Notes: a model not told the origin generated them from the sequence alone. DNA of 64,000 nt from Phenylobacterium sp. (GCA_004799545.1 SSMU01000019.1:151-64150); one strand, 5' to 3'. Numbered from the stretch's first letter, positions 25,995-35,304 are shown. Program-made: numbers and translations.

Positions 25995-28262
25995 ATGTCA
26001 CGTCGCGTCCATCTCGCCGCCCTCATGTCCGCTTGCGCGCTCGTCAGCCTGGGCGCCGCCAAGGCCGCGCCGCCGCCCGCTTCGCAAGGCGATCTCGAGG
26101 CGCGCCTCGACGCGCAGATCGACCCCGCCGAAATGGGCCGCTGGCTGAAGCAGCTGGCCTATGAGCCGAACCACGTGGGCTCGCCGCACGACAAGGCCAA
26201 CGCCGAGTGGATCCTGGCGCAGCTGAAGTCCTGGGGCTGGGACGCCCACATCGAGGAGTTCTCGGTGCTCTATCCGACGCCGATCAGCGAGACCCTGGAA
26301 CTGACCTCCGGTCCCGGCGCCGGCTTCAAGGCCACCTTGCAGGAGCCGCCGATTCCCGGCGACGAAAGCTCGCTGCGGGCCCAGGCGACAGCGCTCCCGG
26401 CCTATGTCGCCTACCAGGGCGACGGCGACGTCACGGCCCCGCTGGTCTACGTCAACTACGGCATGCCCGCCGACTACGACGCCCTGCAGCGCGCCGGGAT
26501 CTCGGTGAAGGGCAAGATCGTCATCGCCCGCTATGGCGCCGGCTGGCGCGGGCTGAAGCCCAAGCTCGCCCAGGACCACGGCGCGGCCGGCTGCATCATC
26601 TATTCCGACCCGCACGACGACGGCTATGCGGTGGACGACGTCTATCCGAAGGGGGCCTCGCGCCCGCCGCACGGCTTCCAGCGCGGCTCGGTGGCCGACA
26701 TGACGCTCTATCCGGGCGATCCGCTGACCCCGGGGATCGGCGCGACGAAGGACGCCAAGCGGCTGACGCGGGAAGAGGCGCAGACCATCCTGAAGATCCC
26801 GACCCTGCCGATCTCCTACGCCGACGCCCAGGTGCTGCTGCAGGCCCTCGACGGGCCGGTGGCGCCGGCGTCGTTCCGCGGCTCCCTGCCGATCACCTAT
26901 CACCTGGGCGGGGACGGGGCGCAGGCGCACATCGCGGTGAAGTCCGACTGGGCGATGAAGCCGCTCTATGACGTGATCGGCACGCTGAAGGGCCGCGAGC
27001 AGCCCGACGAATGGATCGTCCGCGGCAACCACCACGACGGCTGGGTGATGGGCGCGTCGGACCCGCTGAGCGGCCAGGTCGCCCTTCTGGCCGAGGCCAA
27101 GGCCCTGGGCGGGCTGGAGAAGGCCGGCTGGCGGCCGAAGCGGACCATTGTCTACACCAGCTGGGACGGTGAGGAGCCGATGCTGCTGGGCTCCACGGAG
27201 TGGGCCGAGACCCACGCCGCCGAGCTGAAGGCCAAGGCGCTGGTCTACATCAACTCCGACGGCAACGGCCGCGGCTTCTTCCGCGCCGAGGGCAGCCACG
27301 ACTTCCAGCACTTCGTGAACCAGGTGGCCGCCGATGTGAAGGACCCGGAGACCGGCGTCTCGGTCGGCCAGCGGGCCCGCGCCGCCCTGGCGGTCCGCGC
27401 CGCCGAGCCCGGCGCCAGCGAGGAGACCAAGGCGCTCGCCAAGGCGGCGTCGGACCCCGCCAAGGACATGCTGATCGGCCCGCTCGGCTCCGGCTCGGAC
27501 TATTCGAGCTTCCTGCAACACCTGGGCCTGGCGGCGATCGACGTGGGCTACGGCGGCGAGGGCGAGAGCGGCGGGGTCTACCACTCGCTCTACGATGACT
27601 ACGAGCACCACAGCCGCTTCGTCGACCCGGGCTTCGCCTATGACGCGACGCTGGCCCGCACCGTCGGGCGGATGGTCATCCGCCTGGCTGACGCCGACCT
27701 GCCGGTGCAGCGCTACGGCGACTTCGCCGACACCGTCGGCCGCTACCTCGACGAGGTGAAGAAGCTGGACACCGCCAAGCGCGAGGAGGCCGTGGCCCAG
27801 GCCAAGCTGCTCGCCGCGAACGCCTACAGGCTGGCTGACGATCCGACCCAGGCGCACGGCCTGCCGACGGCCTTCGAAGCCTCGCCGCCGCTGGCCTTCG
27901 GGCCGATGGAGGCCGCCGTCACCAGGCTGAAGGCGAGTGCGACCGCCTTCGACCAGGCGCTGGCCGCCAAGGGCGCGTCGCTCGGCAAGGGGCAGCGGGA
28001 TCAGCTCGACGCCGCGCTCCGCCCACTCGACCAGAGCCTGCTGCGCAGCGAGGGCTTGCCCGGCCGGCCCTGGTACATGAACATGATCTATGCGCCCGGC
28101 CGCTTCACCGGTTATGGCGCCAAGACCCTGCCGGGCATCCGCGAGGCGATCGAGGAGCGGCGCTTCGCCGACGCGGCTGCCTACGTGGCCCTGACCGCCC
28201 AGGCGTTGAACGCCTATTCGGCCGGGCTCGACCAGGCGGCCGCGATCGTCAATGGCAGGTGA
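25995..28262 (+). CDS. M28 family metallopeptidase, glutamate carboxypeptidase II/transferrin-receptor-like
   Basis: Signal peptide MSRRVHLAALMSACALVSLGAAKA. A PA-domain region (..GKIVIARYG..), an M28 core (..SWDGEEPMLLGSTEW..) and a C-terminal dimerisation-like domain follow. The product is 755 aa. Confidence 0.8.
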   Translation: MSRRVHLAALMSACALVSLGAAKAAPPPASQGDLEARLDAQIDPAEMGRWLKQLAYEPNHVGSPHDKANAEWILAQLKSWGWDAHIEEFSVLYPTPISETLELTSGPGAGFKATLQEPPIPGDESSLRAQATALPAYVAYQGDGDVTAPLVYVNYGMPADYDALQRAGISVKGKIVIARYGAGWRGLKPKLAQDHGAAGCIIYSDPHDDGYAVDDVYPKGASRPPHGFQRGSVADMTLYPGDPLTPGIGATKDAKRLTREEAQTILKIPTLPISYADAQVLLQALDGPVAPASFRGSLPITYHLGGDGAQAHIAVKSDWAMKPLYDVIGTLKGREQPDEWIVRGNHHDGWVMGASDPLSGQVALLAEAKALGGLEKAGWRPKRTIVYTSWDGEEPMLLGSTEWAETHAAELKAKALVYINSDGNGRGFFRAEGSHDFQHFVNQVAADVKDPETGVSVGQRARAALAVRAAEPGASEETKALAKAASDPAKDMLIGPLGSGSDYSSFLQHLGLAAIDVGYGGEGESGGVYHSLYDDYEHHSRFVDPGFAYDATLARTVGRMVIRLADADLPVQRYGDFADTVGRYLDEVKKLDTAKREEAVAQAKLLAANAYRLADDPTQAHGLPTAFEASPPLAFGPMEAAVTRLKASATAFDQALAAKGASLGKGQRDQLDAALRPLDQSLLRSEGLPGRPWYMNMIYAPGRFTGYGAKTLPGIREAIEERRFADAAAYVALTAQALNAYSAGLDQAAAIVNGR

Positions 28263-28965
28263 GCTGACGGGGCGAGCCAAGGGGCTCGGGGGCGCCACCA
28301 TCGTCTTCGACCTCGACGGGACCCTGGTCGACACCGCTCCCGACCTCGTCGGGACGCTGAACGTACTGCTCGGGGAGGAGGGCTTGCCGCCGCTGCCCTT
28401 CGACCAGGCGCGGCCGCTGATCGGGCACGGGGCGCGGCGGCTGCTCGAGCGCGGCTTCGAGGCGGCCGGCGCAGAGCTGTCGGGGGCGCGGATGGAAGAC
28501 CTCTTCAACCGCTTCCTCGCCCACTATTCCGCCCACATCGCCGATGGGAGCCGGCCGTATCCGGGCGTGGTCGAGGCGCTGGGCGCGATGAAGAGGGCGG
28601 GCGCCCGTCTGGCCGTCTGCACCAACAAGCCCACCGACCTCTCCCTGGCGCTATTCCAGGCGCTGGAGATGACCAGCCTCTTCGGCGCCGTGGTCGGCCG
28701 TGACGCCGCGCCCGCGCCGAAGCCCGATCCACGCCACCTGCAAGCCGCCATCGCCGCCGCCGGCGGGACCCTGGACCGGGCGGTGATGGTCGGCGACGCG
28801 GTGACCGACGCCGAGGCGGCCCGCGCGGCCGGCGTCCCCTTGATCCTGGTCAGCTTCGGCTACACCGAGGTCCCGGCGAAGGATCTTAGGCCCGACATCC
28901 TGATCGACCACTTCGATGACTTGCCAGACGCCTGCGTGCGGCTCCTCGGCGCTTGCAGGCCCTAA
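28252..28965 (+). CDS. gph: HAD-superfamily phosphoglycolate phosphatase
   Basis: The IVFDLDGTLVDTAPDL motif, ..CTNKP.. and ..MVGDAVTDAEAARAAG.. fit the family. It overlaps the peptidase stop codon by 11 nt. Confidence 0.75.
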   Translation: MAGELTGRAKGLGGATIVFDLDGTLVDTAPDLVGTLNVLLGEEGLPPLPFDQARPLIGHGARRLLERGFEAAGAELSGARMEDLFNRFLAHYSAHIADGSRPYPGVVEALGAMKRAGARLAVCTNKPTDLSLALFQALEMTSLFGAVVGRDAAPAPKPDPRHLQAAIAAAGGTLDRAVMVGDAVTDAEAARAAGVPLILVSFGYTEVPAKDLRPDILIDHFDDLPDACVRLLGACRP

Positions 28966-28999
28966 AGGCGCGAGCTATACGCGCCACCTTCCTGCCGGA

Positions 29000-29074
29000 G
29001 GATGCGTAGCTCAGCGGGAGAGCACCTCGTTCACACCGAGGGGGTCACAGGTTCAATCCCTGTCGCATCCACCA
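29000..29074 (+). tRNA. tRNA-Val (anticodon CAC)
   Basis: Cloverleaf folded by hand. Acceptor stem GGATGCG/CGCATCC, anticodon stem CCTCG/CGAGG, loop TTCACAC (anticodon at 29032-29034), T-loop TTCAATC, encoded CCA end. Confidence 0.95.
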
Positions 29075-29117
29075 CGCCCCGCCCCTATCCTGCAAAAACC
29101 TGTTCGCGGAGCGGCTG

Positions 29118-29492
29118 ATGCCTGAGGCGCCGGTGTCCTGGGGGGAGCTGATCGACAAGATCACCATCCTTGAGATCAAGAGCGATCGGCTGACCGGCGC
29201 CGACGCCCTGGCCAACGTCCGGCGCGAGCTGGCGGCCCTGCGCAAGGTGGAGCCCGACGTCGCCGAGGCGAACCTGGCGGCCCTGAAGGCCGGGCTCGTG
29301 CGGGTGAACCAGGCGCTTTGGGACATCGAGAACGAGATCCGCGCCAAGGAGGCGGCCTCCGACTTCGGGCCTGGGTTCGTGGAGCTGGCGCGGGCGGTCT
29401 ATCGGACCAACGACGAGCGGGCGGCGCTGAAGCGGCAGATCAACCTGGCGCTGGGCTCGGAGCTGATCGAAGAGAAGAGTTACACGAAATAG
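29118..29492 (+). CDS. hypothetical protein (DUF6165-like)
   Basis: 124-aa ORF: MPEAPVSWGELIDKITILEIKSDRL...NQALWDIENEIRAKE... Codon usage looks coding. The family assignment is from memory only. Confidence 0.5.
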   Translation: MPEAPVSWGELIDKITILEIKSDRLTGADALANVRRELAALRKVEPDVAEANLAALKAGLVRVNQALWDIENEIRAKEAASDFGPGFVELARAVYRTNDERAALKRQINLALGSELIEEKSYTK

Positions 29493-29567
29493 CCGTCTGG
29501 CCGCTTGCATCGGGCGGCCCGGCTCCTCATCACTAAGGTGATCTCCCGCCCCCGACGGAGACCGGCC

Positions 29568-30245
29568 ATGACCGCCCTGCAAACGCCCGAACTCCCGAAG
29601 CCACCCCGGCACTATCCGAGCCCGGCCGCCAAGTGCGCCGACCTGGTGGTCCATGTGGTGGGCCTGACGCTGGCCCTGGCCGGCGGCGGGGTGCTGCTGG
29701 GCCTCGCCATCGCGGCCCATTCGGTGAGCAAGGTGGTGGGGGTCTCGATCTATGCGGCTGGCCTGCTGACCATGCTGGCCTTCTCCACCGCCTACAATTT
29801 CGCCAAACCGGCCTATCGGCCCGTGCTGCGGCGGCTGGACCATGCCGGGATCTTCCTGATGATCGCCGGCTCCTACACGCCCTTCACCATCCACAACCTG
29901 TCCGGCGGATGGGCCTGGGGCATGACCGCCGCGGTCTGGTCGATCGCCGCCCTGGGCGCGCTCGGCAAGGTCCTGTTCCCGAACATGGACCGGCGGCTGT
30001 CGGTGGGCATCTACCTGGCGCTGGGCTGGCTGGTGCTGGTGGCGCTGAAGCCGATCATCGACAGCGTGACCTGGGTCGCCCTCTTGCTGCTGGTCATCGG
30101 CGGCCTGCTCTATTCGACCGGCGTGGCCTTCTATGTGAACAAGCGGCTGAAGTTCTCCCGCGCCATCTGGCACGGCCACGTGGTGGCCGCGGCCGGCAGC
30201 CATTGGACCGCGGTCCTGCTCGGCGTGGTGCTGGCGACCCGCTAG
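29568..30245 (+). CDS. hemolysin III / PAQR family membrane protein
   Basis: ATG 29568 (MTALQTPELPKPPRHYPSPAAKCADLVVHVVG..). Seven TM segments and the motifs ..RRLDHAGIFLMIAGSYTPF.. and ..HGHVVAAAGSHW.. fit the family. Confidence 0.8.
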   Translation: MTALQTPELPKPPRHYPSPAAKCADLVVHVVGLTLALAGGGVLLGLAIAAHSVSKVVGVSIYAAGLLTMLAFSTAYNFAKPAYRPVLRRLDHAGIFLMIAGSYTPFTIHNLSGGWAWGMTAAVWSIAALGALGKVLFPNMDRRLSVGIYLALGWLVLVALKPIIDSVTWVALLLLVIGGLLYSTGVAFYVNKRLKFSRAIWHGHVVAAAGSHWTAVLLGVVLATR

Positions 30246-30562
30246 GAACTGGCCTGGTTCAGCGGCGGCTGATGCTGTTCGATCAGGTCCATGCGTTCGG
30301 CTTCGCGGATGGCGCGCGTGACGTTCAGCCGGGTCAGGATCTTGGCCTTGGGGTGGGACTGCCGCGCCCGTTCGAGGGCCGAGCGCCAGGTCTGGTTGGC
30401 CAGGTTGTCGGTCTCGCCGGCATAGACCAGGCGAGCGCCGCCGCCGCTCAGCTCGGCAATCACGAAGTTCGCCCCTGCGGGCGGCAGGAACCGCTCTTCC
30501 TCAAGCGGCATGTAGCGATAACGGGCGCCGGACTTGCCGGCGAGTTCGATCGGGCGGGCCAA
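30242..30562 (-). CDS. hypothetical protein (weak GIY-YIG-like motif)
   Basis: 106-aa ORF with a TTG start and GC-rich third positions. ..ANFVIAELSGGGARLVYAGETDNLANQTWRSALERARQ.. faintly resembles the GIY...YIG core. Confidence 0.45.
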   Translation of the reverse strand: MARPIELAGKSGARYRYMPLEEERFLPPAGANFVIAELSGGGARLVYAGETDNLANQTWRSALERARQSHPKAKILTRLNVTRAIREAERMDLIEQHQPPLNQASS

Positions 30563-30705
30563 GACTCTACTCTCCAGAACTCATCGTCGGGCCGCCGTCC
30601 TTCGGGGCGGATCCAAGCCATGGATACCCGGGCGACTTGGGCCAAATGTGGGCTCAGCTTGACTGTAGCCGATCACGGCCGCGCGAGCTTGGCCTTGGCC
30701 GATAC

Positions 30706-30731
30706 GGAACGACCGGCGCCATAAGGGCGTT
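30706..30731 (+). promoter_or_regulatory. EcfG/SigT-type promoter motif GGAAC-N17-CGTT
   Basis: GGAAC (30706-30710), a 17-nt spacer, then CGTT (30728-30731). It lies in the divergent intergenic region, 73-97 nt upstream of the Mla-like permease start. Confidence 0.5.
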
Positions 30732-30827
30732 CGGCCCATGCGTCGCCTCTGCTAGGCTCACACCCTGAGGGCGTGCGACTCGAAGCGGGATCGCCAACGC
30801 CCAGTGAATCGGAGCCCGCGCGCCGGA

Positions 30828-31955
30828 ATGGACAACCCCGCCGACTTCAAGATCGAGTCCGGCGCCCAGGGGCCCACGGTCGCGCTGACGGGCGACTGGA
30901 CCTCGGAAAAAATGGGTCCGGCCGCGCCGGGCCTGAAGCGGGCGCTGGCGAGCGAGCGCAGCGCGACCTTCGACCTGAAGAAGGTGGGCCGGCTGGATAC
31001 CGCCGGCGCCTTCGTCCTGATCCGCTCGGCCGGCGCGGGCTTCGACCTCGAGCGGGTGCGCGGCCGGCCAGAGACGCTGCGCCTGCTGAAGCTGGTCCAC
31101 GACGCGGCCCAGGCGAAGCCGGTGACGCGCCAGACGCCGACCGGCTTCCACGAGCTGACCATCCGCATCGGCAAGGGCGTGGTCGACGTGGCCTCCGAAG
31201 GCCTCGACACCATGGTCTTCCTCGGCCACCTGCTGGTGGTCCTGGCCCGCACGGCGGTGAACCTTTTCATCCATCCCCAGCGGGTCCGCTGGCCGTCCCT
31301 GGTGTCGCTGGTCGAGCGCGCTGGGCTCGACGCCATCCCGATCGTCGCCGTCACCTCCTTCTTCATCGGCGCGGTGATCGCCCTCCTGGGCATCAACCAG
31401 CTTCGGGAGTTCGGCGCCGAGGTGTTCGCGGTCGAGCTGATCGGCATCGCGGTGCTGCGCGAGTTCGGCATCGTCATCACCGCCGTGCTGCTGGCCGGCC
31501 GCTCGGCCTCGGCCTTCGCCGCCGAGCTCGGCTCGATGAAGATGAACCAGGAGATCGACGCCATGCAGGTGATGGGCGTCGACCCGTTCGAGGCCCTGGT
31601 CTTCCCGCGCTTCGGGGCGCTGTTGTTCGCCATCCCCCTGCTCAACTTCGTCGCCGTGCTGGCCGGGCTGTTCGGCGGCCTGGTGGTCACTTGGAGCGTG
31701 CTGGGCCTCGGCCCCGCCTTCTTCCTGCAGCGGATCGTCGACAATGTCGGCGTGGTCAATTTCTGGGTGGGCCTCTCCAAGGCGCCGGTCATGGCCGCGG
31801 TGATCGCCGGCATCGGCTGCCGCCAGGGGCTGGAGGTCGGCAACGATGTGGAGTCCCTGGGCCGGCGGGTGACCGCGGCGGTGGTCCACGCCATCTTCGC
31901 GATCATCATGATCGATGCGGCCTTCGCCCTCGTTTACATGGAACTCGGCATTTGA
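30828..31955 (+). CDS. MlaE-family ABC transporter permease with N-terminal STAS/MlaB-like extension
   Basis: The C-terminal 260 aa are MlaE-like (..FIGAVIALLGINQLREFGAEVFAVELIGIAVLREFG..). The N-terminal 110 aa (..VALTGDWTSEKMG..FDLKKVGRLDTAGAFVLI..) look like a STAS domain. ATG 30828; GTG 30804 is an alternative start. Confidence 0.8.
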   Translation: MDNPADFKIESGAQGPTVALTGDWTSEKMGPAAPGLKRALASERSATFDLKKVGRLDTAGAFVLIRSAGAGFDLERVRGRPETLRLLKLVHDAAQAKPVTRQTPTGFHELTIRIGKGVVDVASEGLDTMVFLGHLLVVLARTAVNLFIHPQRVRWPSLVSLVERAGLDAIPIVAVTSFFIGAVIALLGINQLREFGAEVFAVELIGIAVLREFGIVITAVLLAGRSASAFAAELGSMKMNQEIDAMQVMGVDPFEALVFPRFGALLFAIPLLNFVAVLAGLFGGLVVTWSVLGLGPAFFLQRIVDNVGVVNFWVGLSKAPVMAAVIAGIGCRQGLEVGNDVESLGRRVTAAVVHAIFAIIMIDAAFALVYMELGI

Positions 31956-32773
31956 GCGGCCCCTCGCCCGACGAAACCGACGAAGAGGCGCTGGACCGGC
32001 CGGGTCCGGTGATCGAGATCCGCAACCTGCGGTCCGGCTTCGGCGACCACCTGGTGCACCATCACCTGAACCTGACCGTGGAGCGCGGCGAGGTGCTGGG
32101 CGTCGTGGGGGGGTCAGGCGCGGGGAAGTCGGTGCTGCTCAACACCATCATCGGCCTGAAGCGGCCGCAGGGCGGCTCGGTCAAGGTGTTCGGCCAGGAC
32201 ATCGCCCATGTCAGCGACCGCCGGATGGCCGCCGTGGAGCGCCGCTGGGGCGTGCTGTTCCAGCAAGGGGCGATGTTCTCGAACCTGACCGTGCAGGAGA
32301 ATGTCGCAGCCCCGATGTTCGAGCACACGAAGATGTCGCGCAAAGAGGCCTATGAGCTCGCCGACCTGAAGATCGCCCTGGTCGGCCTGCGTCCCGACGC
32401 AGGCAGCCTGAAGCCGGCCGAGCTGTCGGGCGGCATGCGCAAGCGCGCGGGCCTGGCGCGGGCCCTGGCGCTCGATCCGGAACTGCTGTTCCTCGACGAG
32501 CCCACCTCCGGCCTCGACCCGATCGGGGCCGCCGCCTTCGACGAACTGATCCACGATCTTTCCGAAAGCCTGGACCTGACTGTTTTCATGATCACCCACG
32601 ACCTCGACACCCTGTATGCGATCACCGATCGGGTGGCGGTGCTGGCCGACCGCAAGATTGTCGCCGTCGCCCCGGTCCGCGAGTTGGAATCCTCTGACCA
32701 TCCGTGGATTCGCGAGTATTTCTTGGGCCCGCGCGGACGCGCCGCGGCGGCCGCAGCCAAGGCAGACGCCTGA
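31952..32773 (+). CDS. MlaF-like ABC transporter ATP-binding protein
   Basis: Walker A GGSGAGKS, signature LSGGMRKR and Walker B LLFLDEPTSGLD are all present. TTG start 31952 overlaps the permease stop codon (TTGA). The N-terminal part of the 666-aa track ORF is out-of-frame read-through of the permease gene. Confidence 0.85.
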   Translation: MSGPSPDETDEEALDRPGPVIEIRNLRSGFGDHLVHHHLNLTVERGEVLGVVGGSGAGKSVLLNTIIGLKRPQGGSVKVFGQDIAHVSDRRMAAVERRWGVLFQQGAMFSNLTVQENVAAPMFEHTKMSRKEAYELADLKIALVGLRPDAGSLKPAELSGGMRKRAGLARALALDPELLFLDEPTSGLDPIGAAAFDELIHDLSESLDLTVFMITHDLDTLYAITDRVAVLADRKIVAVAPVRELESSDHPWIREYFLGPRGRAAAAAAKADA

Positions 32774-33711
32774 TGGAAAAGAACGCCAACTACGCCCTGG
32801 TCGGCCTCTCCTCGCTGATCCTGTTCATCGGCCTCTTGATCTTCGTGGTCTGGCTGGCGCGGTTGCGGATCAATGCGGAGTACGACCTCTACGACATCCT
32901 GTTCCAGGGACCGATCAACGGCCTGAACCAGGGCGGCGAAGTCCGGTTCAACGGCATCAAGGTCGGCGAGGTGACCAAGATCGCCCTCGACCGGACCAAT
33001 CCAAACCGGGTGATCGCCCGGGCGCGGGTGACCTCCGACGTGCCGATCCGCACCGATTCCTACGCCACCCTGGAGCCGCAGGGCATCACCGGCCTGAACT
33101 ACGTGCAGATCACCGCGGGCACGGCGACCAAGCCGCTCTTGAAGACCACCGTGCCCAGCGGCACCATCCCCATCCTGCGCAGCCAGCGCAGCGCTCTGGC
33201 CGACCTGCTGCAGGGCGGCGGGACGGTGCTGACCCGGACCATCGAGGCGCTGGACCGGGTGAACCGCGTGCTCTCGGATCAGAACATCAAGACCTTCTCC
33301 ACGACGCTGTCCGACACCGAGGCGGTGACCGCGGAGCTCAAGAAGCGCAAGGACGTCATCGGCGACGCCCAGCAGGCGCTGAAGGACTTCGACGTCGCCG
33401 TGCAGCACGTGACCGCCCTCACCCAGAGCGGCCAGAACATGCTCGACACCGACGGCAAGCGCAGCCTGAAGAACATCGCCGACGCCGCCCAGGAGGCGCA
33501 GGCGACCGCCAAGGAGCTGCGCGGCATGATCGACAAGCTGCAGGGACCGACCTCCGATTTCGCCACCAACGGCCTGCCGCAGATCACTTCCACGGTGGTC
33601 CAGCTGCGCAGCGCCGCCGAGGCCCTGGAGCGGCTGGTGAACGAGGTCGAGACCAGCCCGACGGGCGCGCTCAGCAAGGCGCCCGCCGAAGACGTGAAGG
33701 TGAAACAATGA
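32773..33711 (+). CDS. MlaD/MCE family substrate-binding protein
   Basis: N-terminal TM segment MEKNANYALVGLSSLILFIGLLIFVVWL, then an MCE domain (..GLNQGGEVRFNGIKVGEVTKI..). The ATG overlaps the upstream stop codon by 1 nt. Confidence 0.8.
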   Translation: MEKNANYALVGLSSLILFIGLLIFVVWLARLRINAEYDLYDILFQGPINGLNQGGEVRFNGIKVGEVTKIALDRTNPNRVIARARVTSDVPIRTDSYATLEPQGITGLNYVQITAGTATKPLLKTTVPSGTIPILRSQRSALADLLQGGGTVLTRTIEALDRVNRVLSDQNIKTFSTTLSDTEAVTAELKKRKDVIGDAQQALKDFDVAVQHVTALTQSGQNMLDTDGKRSLKNIADAAQEAQATAKELRGMIDKLQGPTSDFATNGLPQITSTVVQLRSAAEALERLVNEVETSPTGALSKAPAEDVKVKQ

Positions 33712-34337
33712 TCCGTCCGAGCGTCCTCCTCCGCGCCGGCGGGGTCGCCATCCTGGCGGCCGCGCTGAGCGGCTGCATCTCGCTCCTGCCCAAGAGCAAG
33801 CCGGTGCAGCTCTATACGTTCGGCGAGCCGACCGTCGCGGCGAGCCCGCCCGCACGCCCTGCGAATACGCTCGGCGTGTTCTGGGGCCATGGCGACTTCC
33901 AGCGCGAGTCCTCCAGCGACCGGCTGCTGACCGTCACCGGTGACCACGCCGCCTATATCGCCGACACCCGCTGGGTGGCGCCGGCCCAGGTGCTGTTCGA
34001 GCAGGCGGCGGACGTGGCCTTTGAACAGGCGGCGGGCCACGTGCGGCTGGTGGCGCGCGGCACACCCTCGGCGACCGACGTCAGCCTGCGGCTCGACGTG
34101 CGCAACTTCGAGGCGCGCTACGAGGCCGGCGACAAGGCGGCGCCGACCGTCCTGGTGCGGGTGCACGCGATCATGACCCATGACCGCGACCGCTCGCTGA
34201 TCTCCGAGCAGATCTTCGAGGTTCGGGAACCCGCAAGCGACAACCGGGTCGCCGCCATCGTCGGCGCCTACGACCGGGCGCTGCGCAAGGTGCTCGGCCA
34301 GGTGGTCAGCTGGACCAACACCAACGCGGCGACCTAG
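33708..34337 (+). CDS. ABC-type transport auxiliary lipoprotein (DUF330-like)
   Basis: MIRPSVLLRAGGVAILAAALSGC carries a lipobox. The start overlaps the MlaD-like stop codon (ATGA). This position and size are typical of the auxiliary component in Mla/Pqi-like operons. Confidence 0.7.
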   Translation: MIRPSVLLRAGGVAILAAALSGCISLLPKSKPVQLYTFGEPTVAASPPARPANTLGVFWGHGDFQRESSSDRLLTVTGDHAAYIADTRWVAPAQVLFEQAADVAFEQAAGHVRLVARGTPSATDVSLRLDVRNFEARYEAGDKAAPTVLVRVHAIMTHDRDRSLISEQIFEVREPASDNRVAAIVGAYDRALRKVLGQVVSWTNTNAAT

Positions 34338-34360
34338 ACCGCCAGTCGCCCGAGGGCGCG

Positions 34361-35269
34361 CTAGATTTCCAGCCCCGCGGCCCGCTTGGCGGCGGAGACG
34401 GTGTTGGCCAGCAGCACGGCGACGGTCATCAGCCCGACCCCGCCGGGCGCGGGCGTGATCCAGCCGGCGACCTTCAGAGCCTCCTTGAAGTTGACGTCGC
34501 CCACCACCTTGGTCCGGCCTTCCGCGGCCTTGATCGGATCGTCGAACGGCACCCGGTTGATGCCCACGTCGATCACCGCCGCCCCGGGCTTGATCCAGTC
34601 GCCGCGGATCATCCGCGGCCGGCCGACCGCCGCCACCAGGATGTCCGCCTCGCGGCAGACCGCCGGCAGGTCCTGGGTGCGGGAATGGGCGATGGTCACC
34701 GTGCAGTCGGCCTGCAGCAGCAGCTGGGCGACCGGGCGCCCCACCAGCATGGAGCGGCCGACCACCACCGCGCGCTTGCCGGTGAGGTCGCCAACCGTCT
34801 CGCGCAGCAGGATCATGCAGCCGGCCGGGGTGCAGGGGTAGAGGCCCGGCAGGCCGCTCGCCAGGCGGCCGGCGTTGACCATGGTCAGGCCGTCGACGTC
34901 CTTGTCCGGGTCGAGGATCGCCAGCACGGCCTTCTCGTCCAGATGCTTGGGCAGCGGCAGCTGCACCAGGATGCCGTGGATCGCCGGATCGGCGTTGAGC
35001 GCCCGCACCAGTGCTTCAAGCTCGTCCTGGGTGGTGGCCTCCGGCAGGCGGTGGGTGACCGAATGCATGCCCACAGCCTTGGAATGCTCGCCCTTTGAGC
35101 GGACGTAGATCTGGCTGGCCGGGTCGTCGCCGACCAGCACCACCGCCAGGCCCGGGGTCAGCCCATGGTCGGCCTTGAGCTGCGCCACCTCCTCGGACAC
35201 CTGGCCGCGCAGCCGCTCGGCGTAGACCTTGCCGTCGATGATCTGGGCTTGGGCGGCAGGCTCGGTCAT
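34361..35269 (-). CDS. folD: bifunctional methylenetetrahydrofolate dehydrogenase/methenyl-THF cyclohydrolase
   Basis: [15 protein letters not shown]...[30 protein letters not shown]...[11 protein letters not shown]...[12 protein letters not shown] are canonical FolD motifs. ATG 35269. Confidence 0.95.
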   Translation of the reverse strand: MTEPAAQAQIIDGKVYAERLRGQVSEEVAQLKADHGLTPGLAVVLVGDDPASQIYVRSKGEHSKAVGMHSVTHRLPEATTQDELEALVRALNADPAIHGILVQLPLPKHLDEKAVLAILDPDKDVDGLTMVNAGRLASGLPGLYPCTPAGCMILLRETVGDLTGKRAVVVGRSMLVGRPVAQLLLQADCTVTIAHSRTQDLPAVCREADILVAAVGRPRMIRGDWIKPGAAVIDVGINRVPFDDPIKAAEGRTKVVGDVNFKEALKVAGWITPAPGGVGLMTVAVLLANTVSAAKRAAGLEI

Positions 35270-35279
35270 GCGGGGCTCC

Positions 35280-35304
35280 GGAACTGCGCCCCCGACTACT
35301 CGTT
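35280..35304 (+). promoter_or_regulatory. EcfG/SigT-type promoter motif GGAAC-N16-CGTT
   Basis: GGAAC (35280-35284), a 16-nt spacer, then CGTT (35301-35304). It lies 43 nt upstream of ATG 35347, with GGAGG in between. Confidence 0.6.

Noticed and set aside
30773-32773. The 666-aa ORF read as one large protein spanning the Mla-like permease and ATPase.
   Set aside because: Its first 390 codons are an alternative frame of the permease gene with an R/G/P-rich translation. The recognisable ABC ATPase begins at TTG 31952, which overlaps the permease stop codon.
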